In this document: in pieces, positions 9,201-16,902 of the stretch
Position numbering within the stretch: the stretch's first letter is position 1
Layout: each line of letters opens with the position of its first letter
Virus record (IMG/VR): IMGVR_UViG_3300032053_011398
Direction: 5' to 3' (one strand)
Source of the DNA: a virus
Length of the DNA stretch: 64,000 nucleotides
Notes under the pieces: model-generated
The model's input: the letters and a program-made list of their open reading frames with translations, nothing else
Databases searched by the model: none
What the model was told of the DNA's origin: nothing
Program-made: the position numbers and the translations under genes

Positions 9201-10475
9201 ATCGACTTCCAGAAGTCCTTCAGTCGCCGGGTCATACGAAGTCGTCCAGTTTTGATCGGTGTAGAACAGCCGGTGCGACTGCTCCGAAATGTCGGGCCTG
9301 CCTTCCAAGCTGAGGGTGACCGGCAGCGTTTCGGGCAAGTCAGTTTCATAGGTCTGGATAGCGGTCGGCGAGCTGCCCATGCGGCCTTCGGGCGTATCCG
9401 TATCGGTCAGCAGGTTCACCTTGCTGAACAGGACGGCGAAGCGCCGGGCACGCTGGCCTGCTCCACCCTCGGACGTGGATTCAGGGCACAGCCTGAACTC
9501 ATAAACCTGGGTCTTATCATAAAAGCACTTCACCCGGATGCGGAAGCGGAATGGCAATTGCGGGCCGACCGACGTGGCGAAACCTTCGGTCGTGATCTGG
9601 AGCCGGAGGTCGGCGGGCGCGGGCACGAAGTAAGTGTTGCTCAGAAACTCGTAGGGCAGGTCAATCGTGCCCGGAGCTTCGCCTCGGACAGACCAGTTGC
9701 CTGTGGGTGTGCGGACGACGACCTGGCCCGGCGCACGCACCGTCTCTGGATCAAGTTCGACCTGGAAATAAGTCGTGCCTGGCAGCAGGTAAATTTGCTC
9801 GGCCATTGCGGTCATAGGCATAGCCACGGTGGATGAAAAGCTCGCCTCGCCGATCTGCTCGCCAGTATAAGCATAGCCCAGGAATTGCATTGTCTTGCCC
9901 GGCTGCGGCTGGAGGCTGGCCTGAATTTCGTAGTCGCCGACCACGACCGTTGAGCTGTCGCCAGTGACAGTGTTGTTATCGTTGTCAATGACCTTGGAGA
10001 CGATCCGGTAAACACCGTGATCGGCGTTTTCGTAGTGGATCGTGGCGGTGGTGCCTGATGCCTGCCAAATGCTGTTCCGGTAAAGGTTCCAAGTGAGCGA
10101 CTGGTAGTTCCGGCCCCTGGGGTCGCTGAAGACGATTTGAGCGTCGATAGGGTCGCTCTTGCGGTATTGAATCTTGCTCCAATTGATGGAGGTCGTAATC
10201 GGGCCAATGGGAGTGCTAACAACTTGAACGAAAAAGCTTTGGTGCTGAGCAGAACCGTCGCCTTTAACGACGAACACGTCGATCAAAGTGGTGACCGGAT
10301 CAACCGGCGTGAACGAAATCACCGGGGTCGTTCCAGAGGCAATTTCGACCGTCGCCCAGACCGACCAAACGGACTGCAACGGAACCTGGCCGTCCACCAG
10401 GATGCTCAGCGCCGCCGATACGTTGGCAGTCAGAATCGGTGGTAGCGGCTTGCCAGCAAACATCAGCGTTATCAT
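6285..10475 (-). CDS. Large virion fibre/spike protein with C-terminal phosphodiester glycosidase (NAGPA/DUF2233-like) domain
   Basis: 1396 aa. Ig/PKD-like N-terminus and Cys-rich middle. C-terminal FNGNFF, RARTVVG, ALNLDGGGSSSL and RAVGCNL motifs. Confidence 0.75.
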   Translation of the reverse strand: MITLMFAGKPLPPILTANVSAALSILVDGQVPLQSVWSVWATVEIASGTTPVISFTPVDPVTTLIDVFVVKGDGSAQHQSFFVQVVSTPIGPITTSINWSKIQYRKSDPIDAQIVFSDPRGRNYQSLTWNLYRNSIWQASGTTATIHYENADHGVYRIVSKVIDNDNNTVTGDSSTVVVGDYEIQASLQPQPGKTMQFLGYAYTGEQIGEASFSSTVAMPMTAMAEQIYLLPGTTYFQVELDPETVRAPGQVVVRTPTGNWSVRGEAPGTIDLPYEFLSNTYFVPAPADLRLQITTEGFATSVGPQLPFRFRIRVKCFYDKTQVYEFRLCPESTSEGGAGQRARRFAVLFSKVNLLTDTDTPEGRMGSSPTAIQTYETDLPETLPVTLSLEGRPDISEQSHRLFYTDQNWTTSYDPATEGLLEVDAHSTYAIEESRPFTISFMMPAYPTIIQRPRRVWGKVAIYLANGYVNAGTVISVNLLTAGGYSTRSVAVPVMADAFSPDLQTYLKIAEANVDISDAEFIDNGIVGIVNLDESGADLVSWPVGVTRPDPAELQGTVYSMVSGPFARFDGACYHNVGPLVAMMGTTTASANGTYTVDASGTIYPLVADIIACYDPKCVPAGLFCYGEYNGATKLHVLQPLYNPAPYVAPADQVTRCYCNPCITLEWVGTDGILPAYDPFVAYTNGSYCGVAYAFLACNGTSNPLVIPYPSTTIPPGYVAYNGTCYGNAGSLAYTTGYSLVGRDEVDVVYDCQDSFCTGSATGGMVVRYRDHETQRDVDVYMNHMDTGVPFQGVVPQTYDDGAAGLIEGHATVIVSKNVVEQPVLVVPGSGTLEFIVSVSSNDKQLIRYRAGVPTRFPMRLGTFVTKMDVRAGDQINFRMYAKRATIHISWKPWVPRPRLYATGTLYPTAPTPIRAVGFTGLTNRSEYAFYGTLPADVSMTEVNPDSILTVKASGVEYALVRARGITDSVPALPFPCVWYGSNTPLVGPLVFKLYSGREDAGGNGDLDVWLAEQGELAPIFAANSYQSLVRYGDPLPTNRVPEVERNSLRVVDSAFTYRWPSAYIANNGNRLVVAAPPIPNRPVALVYADLYTWAGTVPGGAYNILPWNIGSRMSVNDHIYVDMLVMPDGTRMFVAVVNLINSSTFVTSPGGSRDTVRQTTLDFAASVGADLAFNGNFFLPFPSASPNAADVGFVASSGIVFSPFEPQPIGIGYANQSYAILPYAPALNIGVSGMATVVHRDGAYVDNKHVLEGVALWNGVAGSAQVVTNGVKTIPIYGSGTNQLTAMSGYSNSNSWYNLKRARTVVGVKSDRSTLVVCVAEGVSGSLGGNGGMAVGDIVDILMRNYAVYNALNLDGGGSSSLVVKMNGNYTMLNTSLDGPLGRAVGCNLAISIP

Positions 10476-10522
10476 CGGCTTAACTACGCGCTTTACGCCG
10501 TGGCCCAGCCATCGCTATCTTT

Positions 10523-11146
10523 TCAATCCGTGGCCAGTGCGCCGTAGATGAACTGCTGATCGACGAAAGCCAGCTCAGTATTCTCGATAATCATGGGGTT
10601 GACCCGGCCTTTATCCGGGAAAACCTCCTGGCCGGTGTAAAATGGATAGCCAACGTCCGCACCGACCTGGCGCACGCTGAAATGGAGGTTTTCCCTCTTG
10701 GCATCCTCGGCGGTATCCGGCAGAACGATAAGGCTTTCGCGGCGAACAGACGGCTCGATGAGCACAAAACGCCCCACGATCTTGAACGATTCCAACTCGA
10801 TCACGTCCCTGGTGAGCCTGGCGATGATGTCCTCGACGTGGAGGAAGCAATTCAGCACGCCCTTGATGTCGAAGGTGAGACTCTCGACTAAAGACGGTGG
10901 AAGCTGGAACAGCACAAGATCGCCAGCGATGTAAGTCTCTTTGGTGCTGTGTTTGCCATCCGGCCCATAACCCTCCATCGCGCCGACCGCGATCACTTCG
11001 CCGATCTCGTAGAGCTTCGCCCGATTGGGAAGAAGCTGGATCGCGCCCTTGAGCTTCGTTGCGTGTTGCTTGACCACCACTCTGCCCGCCATAACTCTCA
11101 TATTCATAGGCTTCGCACACCTTCTGCTTGTCCCCGCACTGACCAC
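10523..11146 (-). CDS. Co-chaperonin GroES-like protein with two tandem GroES domains
   Basis: Domain 1: MRVMAGRVVVKQ...GAIQLLP...GEVIAVG...GDLVLF. Domain 2: KIVGRFVLIEP...LIVLPDTA...VRQVG...GQEVF. Confidence 0.7.
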   Translation of the reverse strand: MVSAGTSRRCAKPMNMRVMAGRVVVKQHATKLKGAIQLLPNRAKLYEIGEVIAVGAMEGYGPDGKHSTKETYIAGDLVLFQLPPSLVESLTFDIKGVLNCFLHVEDIIARLTRDVIELESFKIVGRFVLIEPSVRRESLIVLPDTAEDAKRENLHFSVRQVGADVGYPFYTGQEVFPDKGRVNPMIIENTELAFVDQQFIYGALATD

Positions 11147-11171
11147 CTAAAAAGAACGCAGTTACTTTTGT

Positions 11172-12248
11172 TTACAATTTTGCTCCTGGATCGTGGGCCA
11201 GGCTGCCACGTGCGCCAGGGAAGTCTTTACCCAGGCGCATCATGGCTACGTCCTGCGGGAGTGGCGTTTGTCGTTCCGTCACGGCGTATAGGGCCGCTTC
11301 TACATCATCGTTAGCGTCATTGGTCAACCGGGCGGTGCCATCGGCACTTCGGCTGTGGGGCATCCGGGCAACCGTGACCGGCAGGAGCGCCCCAAGCCTG
11401 GCCCCGGTCTCGACGGCCAGGTCACTGGAATCGCTGTCGAACAGGATGCAGAACTCCTTGATGTGGCGGTATCGCTGGAACTTGGCAACCTGGGAGCGAC
11501 TGAGGCGATGGGTAAAAACGCAGACCGGTGCGATATGGGCCACATCCAGCTCGCGCAACTTGTGCCGGAGCGACAGCGCGTTAAGGATCGACTCCACGAC
11601 GATCACCCGGCTCACCTGGAGGTCAGTCAGGGCGTCTAGGTTGTAAACCCAATAGCTTGGCCCGTAGGGAACCTCTTTTTTGCCGGGAAACCGCTTGGTG
11701 CTCTCAAAGCCTTCGTCGTTGTAGGTGCGACCCTGGTAATACACGCATCGCATACCTTCGTAAACCGGGAAAATGCAGAACGGCTCCCATGGCCCCGTGC
11801 GCGTAAATCCAGCCCCGGCTTCCTCCAGGTCTTCGATGCTCAAGTGCTTGCGTTCGGCCATGTCCCGACAGAAACGCCAATAGCAGCTCTTGCGGTTATT
11901 GCTCAGCAGCTCAAACCCGGTCGGCAGTTCGATGTCCTGGACGGGCGTAACCGCCTTTCTCATGTCGCCTTCCATAAGCTGCTGCCCAAAGCCTTCAAAG
12001 CCATCGCTGCCCTCATCGTCGGCCCATTCCAAGCCTTTTAACTTGAACAGGGACTTGACGTGATGGGGCTGGGGGTCGTGGCAGCGCCAGCAATGTGTGT
12101 AGAGGGTCTTGACATTGATGCTCCGATTTCCTGTTTTGTCATCGCACCCGCTAACCGGACAGAGGATGTAGATTTCATCGTCCGTCGAACGGTTTTTGAT
12201 GACCTCGAAGGCATTGCCAATCTCGCGTTTGATCTTATCCGGCGACAT
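11172..12248 (-). CDS. DNA primase (Zn finger + TOPRIM)
   Basis: CPVSGC...HCWRC Zn finger, IFPVY...YYQGR, VIVVESILNAL and ILFDSD. Start placed at ATG 12248. Confidence 0.8.
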   Translation of the reverse strand: MSPDKIKREIGNAFEVIKNRSTDDEIYILCPVSGCDDKTGNRSINVKTLYTHCWRCHDPQPHHVKSLFKLKGLEWADDEGSDGFEGFGQQLMEGDMRKAVTPVQDIELPTGFELLSNNRKSCYWRFCRDMAERKHLSIEDLEEAGAGFTRTGPWEPFCIFPVYEGMRCVYYQGRTYNDEGFESTKRFPGKKEVPYGPSYWVYNLDALTDLQVSRVIVVESILNALSLRHKLRELDVAHIAPVCVFTHRLSRSQVAKFQRYRHIKEFCILFDSDSSDLAVETGARLGALLPVTVARMPHSRSADGTARLTNDANDDVEAALYAVTERQTPLPQDVAMMRLGKDFPGARGSLAHDPGAKL

Positions 12249-12270
12249 GCTGTAGTTAAGAACGAAGTTT

Positions 12271-12462
12271 ATGGAATTGAACCAAATGATCGACATTTCG
12301 AGAAAGTTCGAGCCGAACAAACAGCAGCAGGCCATCCAGCAGGACGGCCAGGCCAAAGCTGCCTTCGCCTTGAACTTGATCCAGCGGATGCCCCAAGAAC
12401 CTCCGAAGCCCGAAGAAGCGGTAAGAATTCCCTGTTTGGGGGTCTTAGCCATTCCGAGCTGA
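12271..12462 (+). CDS. Small hypothetical protein
   Basis: 63 aa filling the gap between the primase start and the sulfotransferase end. Preceded by GTAGTTA (12252-12258). Confidence 0.45.
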   Translation: MELNQMIDISRKFEPNKQQQAIQQDGQAKAAFALNLIQRMPQEPPKPEEAVRIPCLGVLAIPS

Positions 12463-13203
12463 CGGGGCGGCTGCCTGAGCCGAAGAATCTAAAAGTTCGC
12501 TCCTCTTGCTTGTTCGCTCCAACAGCTCACGGTAGCACGGCCACAGATCGTTAGCGGTCATTTTACCCCTGGTGATGTGCGCCATTTTCGGCTGGATGAA
12601 GTCCCGCTTGATCGTGTAACTCAGCAGTGTCTCCAGGAAGGGCAGGATCGAGCCGTCGATCAGTTCGTCGGTCTCGATATAGCAAAAAGTGCCGTCGTCG
12701 TTGGCCAGCACATGCTCATAAGTATTGAGCCACATCTGCTCCAGGGCAGACCTCTCCTGGGCGATCACGGGATGATCCGCCCGCAAGCGCAGGGCACTAT
12801 CCACGAAATCGGATGGTTTGCGGAACAGGACGATGTTGACGTGCGGCTGAACGAAGAAAGGCTTCCAGGCCGGGTAGGTGAAAGAGAAGCGCGGGTCTTT
12901 GAAAGCATAGGGCTGAAACCAAAAGTAGCGCCGCACGGCCATCAGATCGGGGAACCTTGCCAGCGGCATTTTCTCGCGGGCTTCCAACGGGATGGGAGCG
13001 ACTAAAATGCCTTTGAAGTCGCAGACCTGCTTCAGCAGATCGTTGTTCCAGCAGCATACCCCGTGGTCTTCCCAGTAGCCCTGTGGCATCTGGCTGGTCG
13101 CACCGACCGGGTGCAGACCCGTGAACACTCCTGACTTGGCCAAGGCCCCCGCGAGGGCGGAAGTGCCGCACCTGCCAGAACCGAAGATAAGGCAATTTCT
13201 CAT
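12445..13203 (-). CDS. Sulfotransferase-family protein
   Basis: N-terminal IFGSGRCGTSALAG (5'-PSB loop), GYWED, KDPRFSFT and LFRKP. Confidence 0.7.
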   Translation of the reverse strand: MRNCLIFGSGRCGTSALAGALAKSGVFTGLHPVGATSQMPQGYWEDHGVCCWNNDLLKQVCDFKGILVAPIPLEAREKMPLARFPDLMAVRRYFWFQPYAFKDPRFSFTYPAWKPFFVQPHVNIVLFRKPSDFVDSALRLRADHPVIAQERSALEQMWLNTYEHVLANDDGTFCYIETDELIDGSILPFLETLLSYTIKRDFIQPKMAHITRGKMTANDLWPCYRELLERTSKRSELLDSSAQAAAPSARNG

Positions 13204-13850
13204 AACTTATGCACCTCCGTTGACCAGCCATCGCGCACGCACGCCAGCATTCGTTCGCGGACTGTTTCTAAGACGGCAACCTTTCCGGCAGCCCAATAAT
13301 GTTTCATCCAGGCGTCCGGCCAAAAGTCGGAGTCTTGGTTGCAGATCAGCCACTCCGGGATGAACGAAATTTTGCTCCGAAAATCCGGGAAGAACTGCAT
13401 CAGGCACTTGATGGCGTTTTGCTCCCAGGCGTCACGGGTGCCAAACGGACCAACCGGATCAACCGTCCCCAGCATAGGCAGCAGATCAAAAAGAGCCTTC
13501 GACCAGGCGCAATTTTTGACCAAGAAAGCGCCAAAACACACGCCCCACTTATCCAGGGAGATGAGCAACGGCTTATTCCACGAAAAGGTATTGACGATCT
13601 CCTCCAACTTGATGTCCTGGCGCATCAGCACGATGTCCGCGTCGAGCCACATAATCCAGTCGCAGTCGTCCATCTGCGAGCACACGGCCATGAGCTTGTT
13701 CCAGGAAGCAGGCTGCTGCGGATTGAACAACGACCGGTAGCAGACAAATCCATAGCCGTGTTTGCTGGCATACGCCTGGACCAGCGGGGCGCTGACTTCC
13801 CCCAGCATCGCCCGGCCCTCGTCGTAGAGCATGACCAATTTTATCTTCAT
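13200..13850 (-). CDS. Glycosyltransferase, GT34-like (GMA12/MNN10 type)
   Basis: YASKHGY, SWNKL, WIMWLDADI (DxD), GAFLVKNCAWS and WEQNAI. Confidence 0.75.
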   Translation of the reverse strand: MKIKLVMLYDEGRAMLGEVSAPLVQAYASKHGYGFVCYRSLFNPQQPASWNKLMAVCSQMDDCDWIMWLDADIVLMRQDIKLEEIVNTFSWNKPLLISLDKWGVCFGAFLVKNCAWSKALFDLLPMLGTVDPVGPFGTRDAWEQNAIKCLMQFFPDFRSKISFIPEWLICNQDSDFWPDAWMKHYWAAGKVAVLETVRERMLACVRDGWSTEVHKL

Positions 13851-14617
13851 TAGTAGTATAACCACTTTGGATAGCGAGACTGCGGTGCCGTCATTTTCCG
13901 GGCAGCCGTAATCAGGCACTCCTCGCGGATGATCTCCGGGAAGCTATTGGCTCTCAGGTGGTCGATCAAGTGGCGGTCGGTCTCGGTGAAATCAAGCGCG
14001 TAATTACAGCCTTTGACTTCTGTCACCTGGTAGCCGCTGGCTTCAGCCAGGTCTTTCAGCTCGCCGGGCGAGTATTCCCTGGCCAGGCGCGGCTCGCTGG
14101 AGATGATGTAGTTGCTGAAAAATCCGGGGTGGAACCCGTTCAGCACTTTCCAGACGGCCTTGATCGAGCAGGCGTTGGGCACGGACAGGATCAGGGTGCC
14201 GCCGACCTTCATGGTGCGGTTGATCTCATACATCATCCACATCGGGTCGCACTGCATGTAGGACAAGACCTCGCAGCAGAGCACGCAGTCGAACTGGGCA
14301 TCTTGGTAGGGAAAAGTGTCCTTCTCGGCATCGAAGAAGTCCATCCGGCTTTGGAACTCTTTACCCTCGCGGGACATGATGTTTGCGTTCCGCGTGCCTG
14401 TCCCCAAGTAGCAGGCATACACGTCCGGGTAGCCGCCGATGAACTTGCAAACCGGAGCCATCTGGAGATAGCTGCCCATGTCCAGCAGGGCCTTGCCGGG
14501 GCCTCCCTCCGGGACGCACTCCAGCGTCCTCAACAACCGGATACGATGAGACTGGACGTATGCCTCCGCGTCTTCGGTGACCGTCCAGTCAATTATCTGC
14601 GGCAGCGTAACCGTCAT
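13850..14617 (-). CDS. Class I SAM-dependent methyltransferase
   Basis: LLDMGS, FPYQDAQFDCVLCCEVL and GGTLILSVPN. Confidence 0.85.
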   Translation of the reverse strand: MTVTLPQIIDWTVTEDAEAYVQSHRIRLLRTLECVPEGGPGKALLDMGSYLQMAPVCKFIGGYPDVYACYLGTGTRNANIMSREGKEFQSRMDFFDAEKDTFPYQDAQFDCVLCCEVLSYMQCDPMWMMYEINRTMKVGGTLILSVPNACSIKAVWKVLNGFHPGFFSNYIISSEPRLAREYSPGELKDLAEASGYQVTEVKGCNYALDFTETDRHLIDHLRANSFPEIIREECLITAARKMTAPQSRYPKWLYY

Positions 14618-16902
14618 AGCTTTTGCAATTCATTCACGATTCCATCATCAAAGAACGCCATTCGGCAGCGGCAATCATTTTCGCCGAAGGTGACCAGCCA
14701 GCCGCGCGCGGCCCGGATTGCCCCGCAAGGGAAGATCACGGAGTGCTGGGAAGGCCGATTATACTGAATTTTCTCCTCCTCGCCCGCCAAGAGTGGCACT
14801 TTGGACATGTAAACCGGCTTGAAGGGAGGCTTGGGATCGAAGGCGTAAACGCCGATAAAGTATTGACGGATGGGGCCGTAGGACTCCTCACGGATGTTGA
14901 CGCTGGAGTGGAAAAACGACCAGAGCAGCCCGTCGTGCAGCACCGGCGAGGAGCCGCCGCGCAGGTCGCCCCGCGTCCAGTTGTGGTCGAAGCGGGTCTC
15001 ATATACGAACTTGGTCGTGTGGTCTTCCACGCTGACCTCAAGAACCTTGTGAGGCACAATGCCGTAGGTAGCGAACAGCCGACCTTCCGCCTCGAAGAAC
15101 GTCCAGTTTTTCTCCGGCCTGGTGTGATACCAGGGGCGCTCTAGGTAAAAACTCTCCGCCGTGGTCATGTCGTCGTTTAATCGGGCGATACCGACCTCAA
15201 GAGAGTCGGTGTAGGCCAACCACAAATTTTCTTTGTAAACAAAAAACCTTGGGTCTTCCACGCAGTAGTTGCCAAACTTGGAATGGAGATCGAACACTCT
15301 GGTCGTCTCCAGGATTGGGTTCCATTCCCGATCCAGTTCGTTGACGGCAACCATCGAGAGTCGGAACCAGGGGATACACTCGACGCGATAAGCCAGGAAC
15401 TTTTTACCCTTCCAGATGGCCAGGCTGGGATTGAACCACGCCTCAACCCGGCCCTTTCTGCCGAATGTCCACTGGATGGCGTTGCGCTTCATCGGCAAAG
15501 GCAGGGGAATGGCCTGAAGCATCCGGCTGTTGTCGAACAGGTGCGTGGAAGCCATGCCGATACTTCGGTGCAGGCCGCTGATCGTGGCCGGGACGCCATT
15601 GTGGGTGTAGAATTCCTCAAACTTAGTGGGCTGCTCGACGACGTTAATTTCCGGGGCCTGGTGCGTCAGTTTTCGGACGTGCCATTTCTCCTTCCGGCGC
15701 GGATTGAGCGGCAGGTGCCTCAGCTCAGGAATGTAAACAAATTTGTCCTGGCCGTAGATGGCGTTGGGCCGCTTGAACAAGCAATTGGCGAGCTGTGGAT
15801 AGGTTTCCTGGACGGTGTTCACCTTTAGCCCCTCGGCAATAGCGTAGGGACAGCTCTGGTTGCCGACGAACAAATGACAGCCCGCAATCAGCCGGGCCAG
15901 TTCCAGGAGGTTGGCCGTCTGCGCGTGCGGAATCAGGCCGAAGTCCGAAACAAACGAGGCATACTCCTCCGGCGTGCCGATGAATACCATGTCGCGCCGG
16001 AACCTGTTCACGATGTCGTGCCAGGGGAACTGCGGATTGCGCCAACGATGGCTTCGGTGGACGAGCACGCTGCGCTTGAGAATGATCGGGTCAACATCCA
16101 ACCAGGGCACCTGATCGTTGAAAAAGGTCTCGGCGCTCAGGCAGCAGGCGTCGAGGGATTGAGTGACCAGGTTCTTCCCTGGTGCCGCGAAGTTGCGGAA
16201 CAGGTTCAGGTCGTAGTTCACAACCGGCATCTTCTCCGTGAAGTAAACTGACCGGACATAGGGCTGGGCCAGCATCAGGGGCGCGATGTTCTTGACCACC
16301 TTGGGCGACATGACTTCGCGCAAGTCCGGTTTTGGGTTCATCTTGATCTCCGTGCCCAAGTAAAAGATGCCGTGGCCCATGACCTTCAAGGCAGGCATGG
16401 AATAGATGATGTCACCCAAGTTGCCGCTATGATAGAGCCGCCATCCCTTGGGGTCATGGTTGCCCTCCATACGCTCAACCAAGCCGACCGCACCGACCTG
16501 GTGGGTCTTCACCAGCGGTGAATCCAGGGCCTTGTAAGCGCGGCGGTAAAATGACGTGCTATAGACCGGCTCATGGAGGTCGTGGCGCAGTTCGATTTTC
16601 AGGTAAGTCGTGGTCAGCCGAGCGTGGATGCTGAGCACGTCCCTGTGATACCACCAGCCAAGCGTCCAAAGCACGCAAATCTGGCCCCTGGCTGCCCGCA
16701 CACCAGCAGCAATAGCGTTTTCACCGTTGATCGGCTTGACCTGAATGCCATCTCCGAGGTCTTTGTCCAAAAGGTTTACAAAAACCAGCTCTTTGTGCGG
16801 ATGGCTCTGCCGGTGAAAGCTCCCATGGATGGAACCTATTGACCCTACGGTCTTTTCGTCCACCACCACGATTGTCGAAATCAGGACTGGGACATCGTTC
16901 AT
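14614..16902 (-). CDS. Multidomain glyco-enzyme: GT2-like remnant + GT9-like glycosyltransferase + GH130-like beta-propeller
   Basis: HSGNLGDIIYSMP and NLLELARLIAGCHLFVGNQS (GT9-like). FNPSL, EDPR, EKNWTFF, LRGGS and VIFPCG (five-bladed propeller glycosidase/phosphorylase). Confidence 0.7.
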   Translation of the reverse strand: MNDVPVLISTIVVVDEKTVGSIGSIHGSFHRQSHPHKELVFVNLLDKDLGDGIQVKPINGENAIAAGVRAARGQICVLWTLGWWYHRDVLSIHARLTTTYLKIELRHDLHEPVYSTSFYRRAYKALDSPLVKTHQVGAVGLVERMEGNHDPKGWRLYHSGNLGDIIYSMPALKVMGHGIFYLGTEIKMNPKPDLREVMSPKVVKNIAPLMLAQPYVRSVYFTEKMPVVNYDLNLFRNFAAPGKNLVTQSLDACCLSAETFFNDQVPWLDVDPIILKRSVLVHRSHRWRNPQFPWHDIVNRFRRDMVFIGTPEEYASFVSDFGLIPHAQTANLLELARLIAGCHLFVGNQSCPYAIAEGLKVNTVQETYPQLANCLFKRPNAIYGQDKFVYIPELRHLPLNPRRKEKWHVRKLTHQAPEINVVEQPTKFEEFYTHNGVPATISGLHRSIGMASTHLFDNSRMLQAIPLPLPMKRNAIQWTFGRKGRVEAWFNPSLAIWKGKKFLAYRVECIPWFRLSMVAVNELDREWNPILETTRVFDLHSKFGNYCVEDPRFFVYKENLWLAYTDSLEVGIARLNDDMTTAESFYLERPWYHTRPEKNWTFFEAEGRLFATYGIVPHKVLEVSVEDHTTKFVYETRFDHNWTRGDLRGGSSPVLHDGLLWSFFHSSVNIREESYGPIRQYFIGVYAFDPKPPFKPVYMSKVPLLAGEEEKIQYNRPSQHSVIFPCGAIRAARGWLVTFGENDCRCRMAFFDDGIVNELQKL

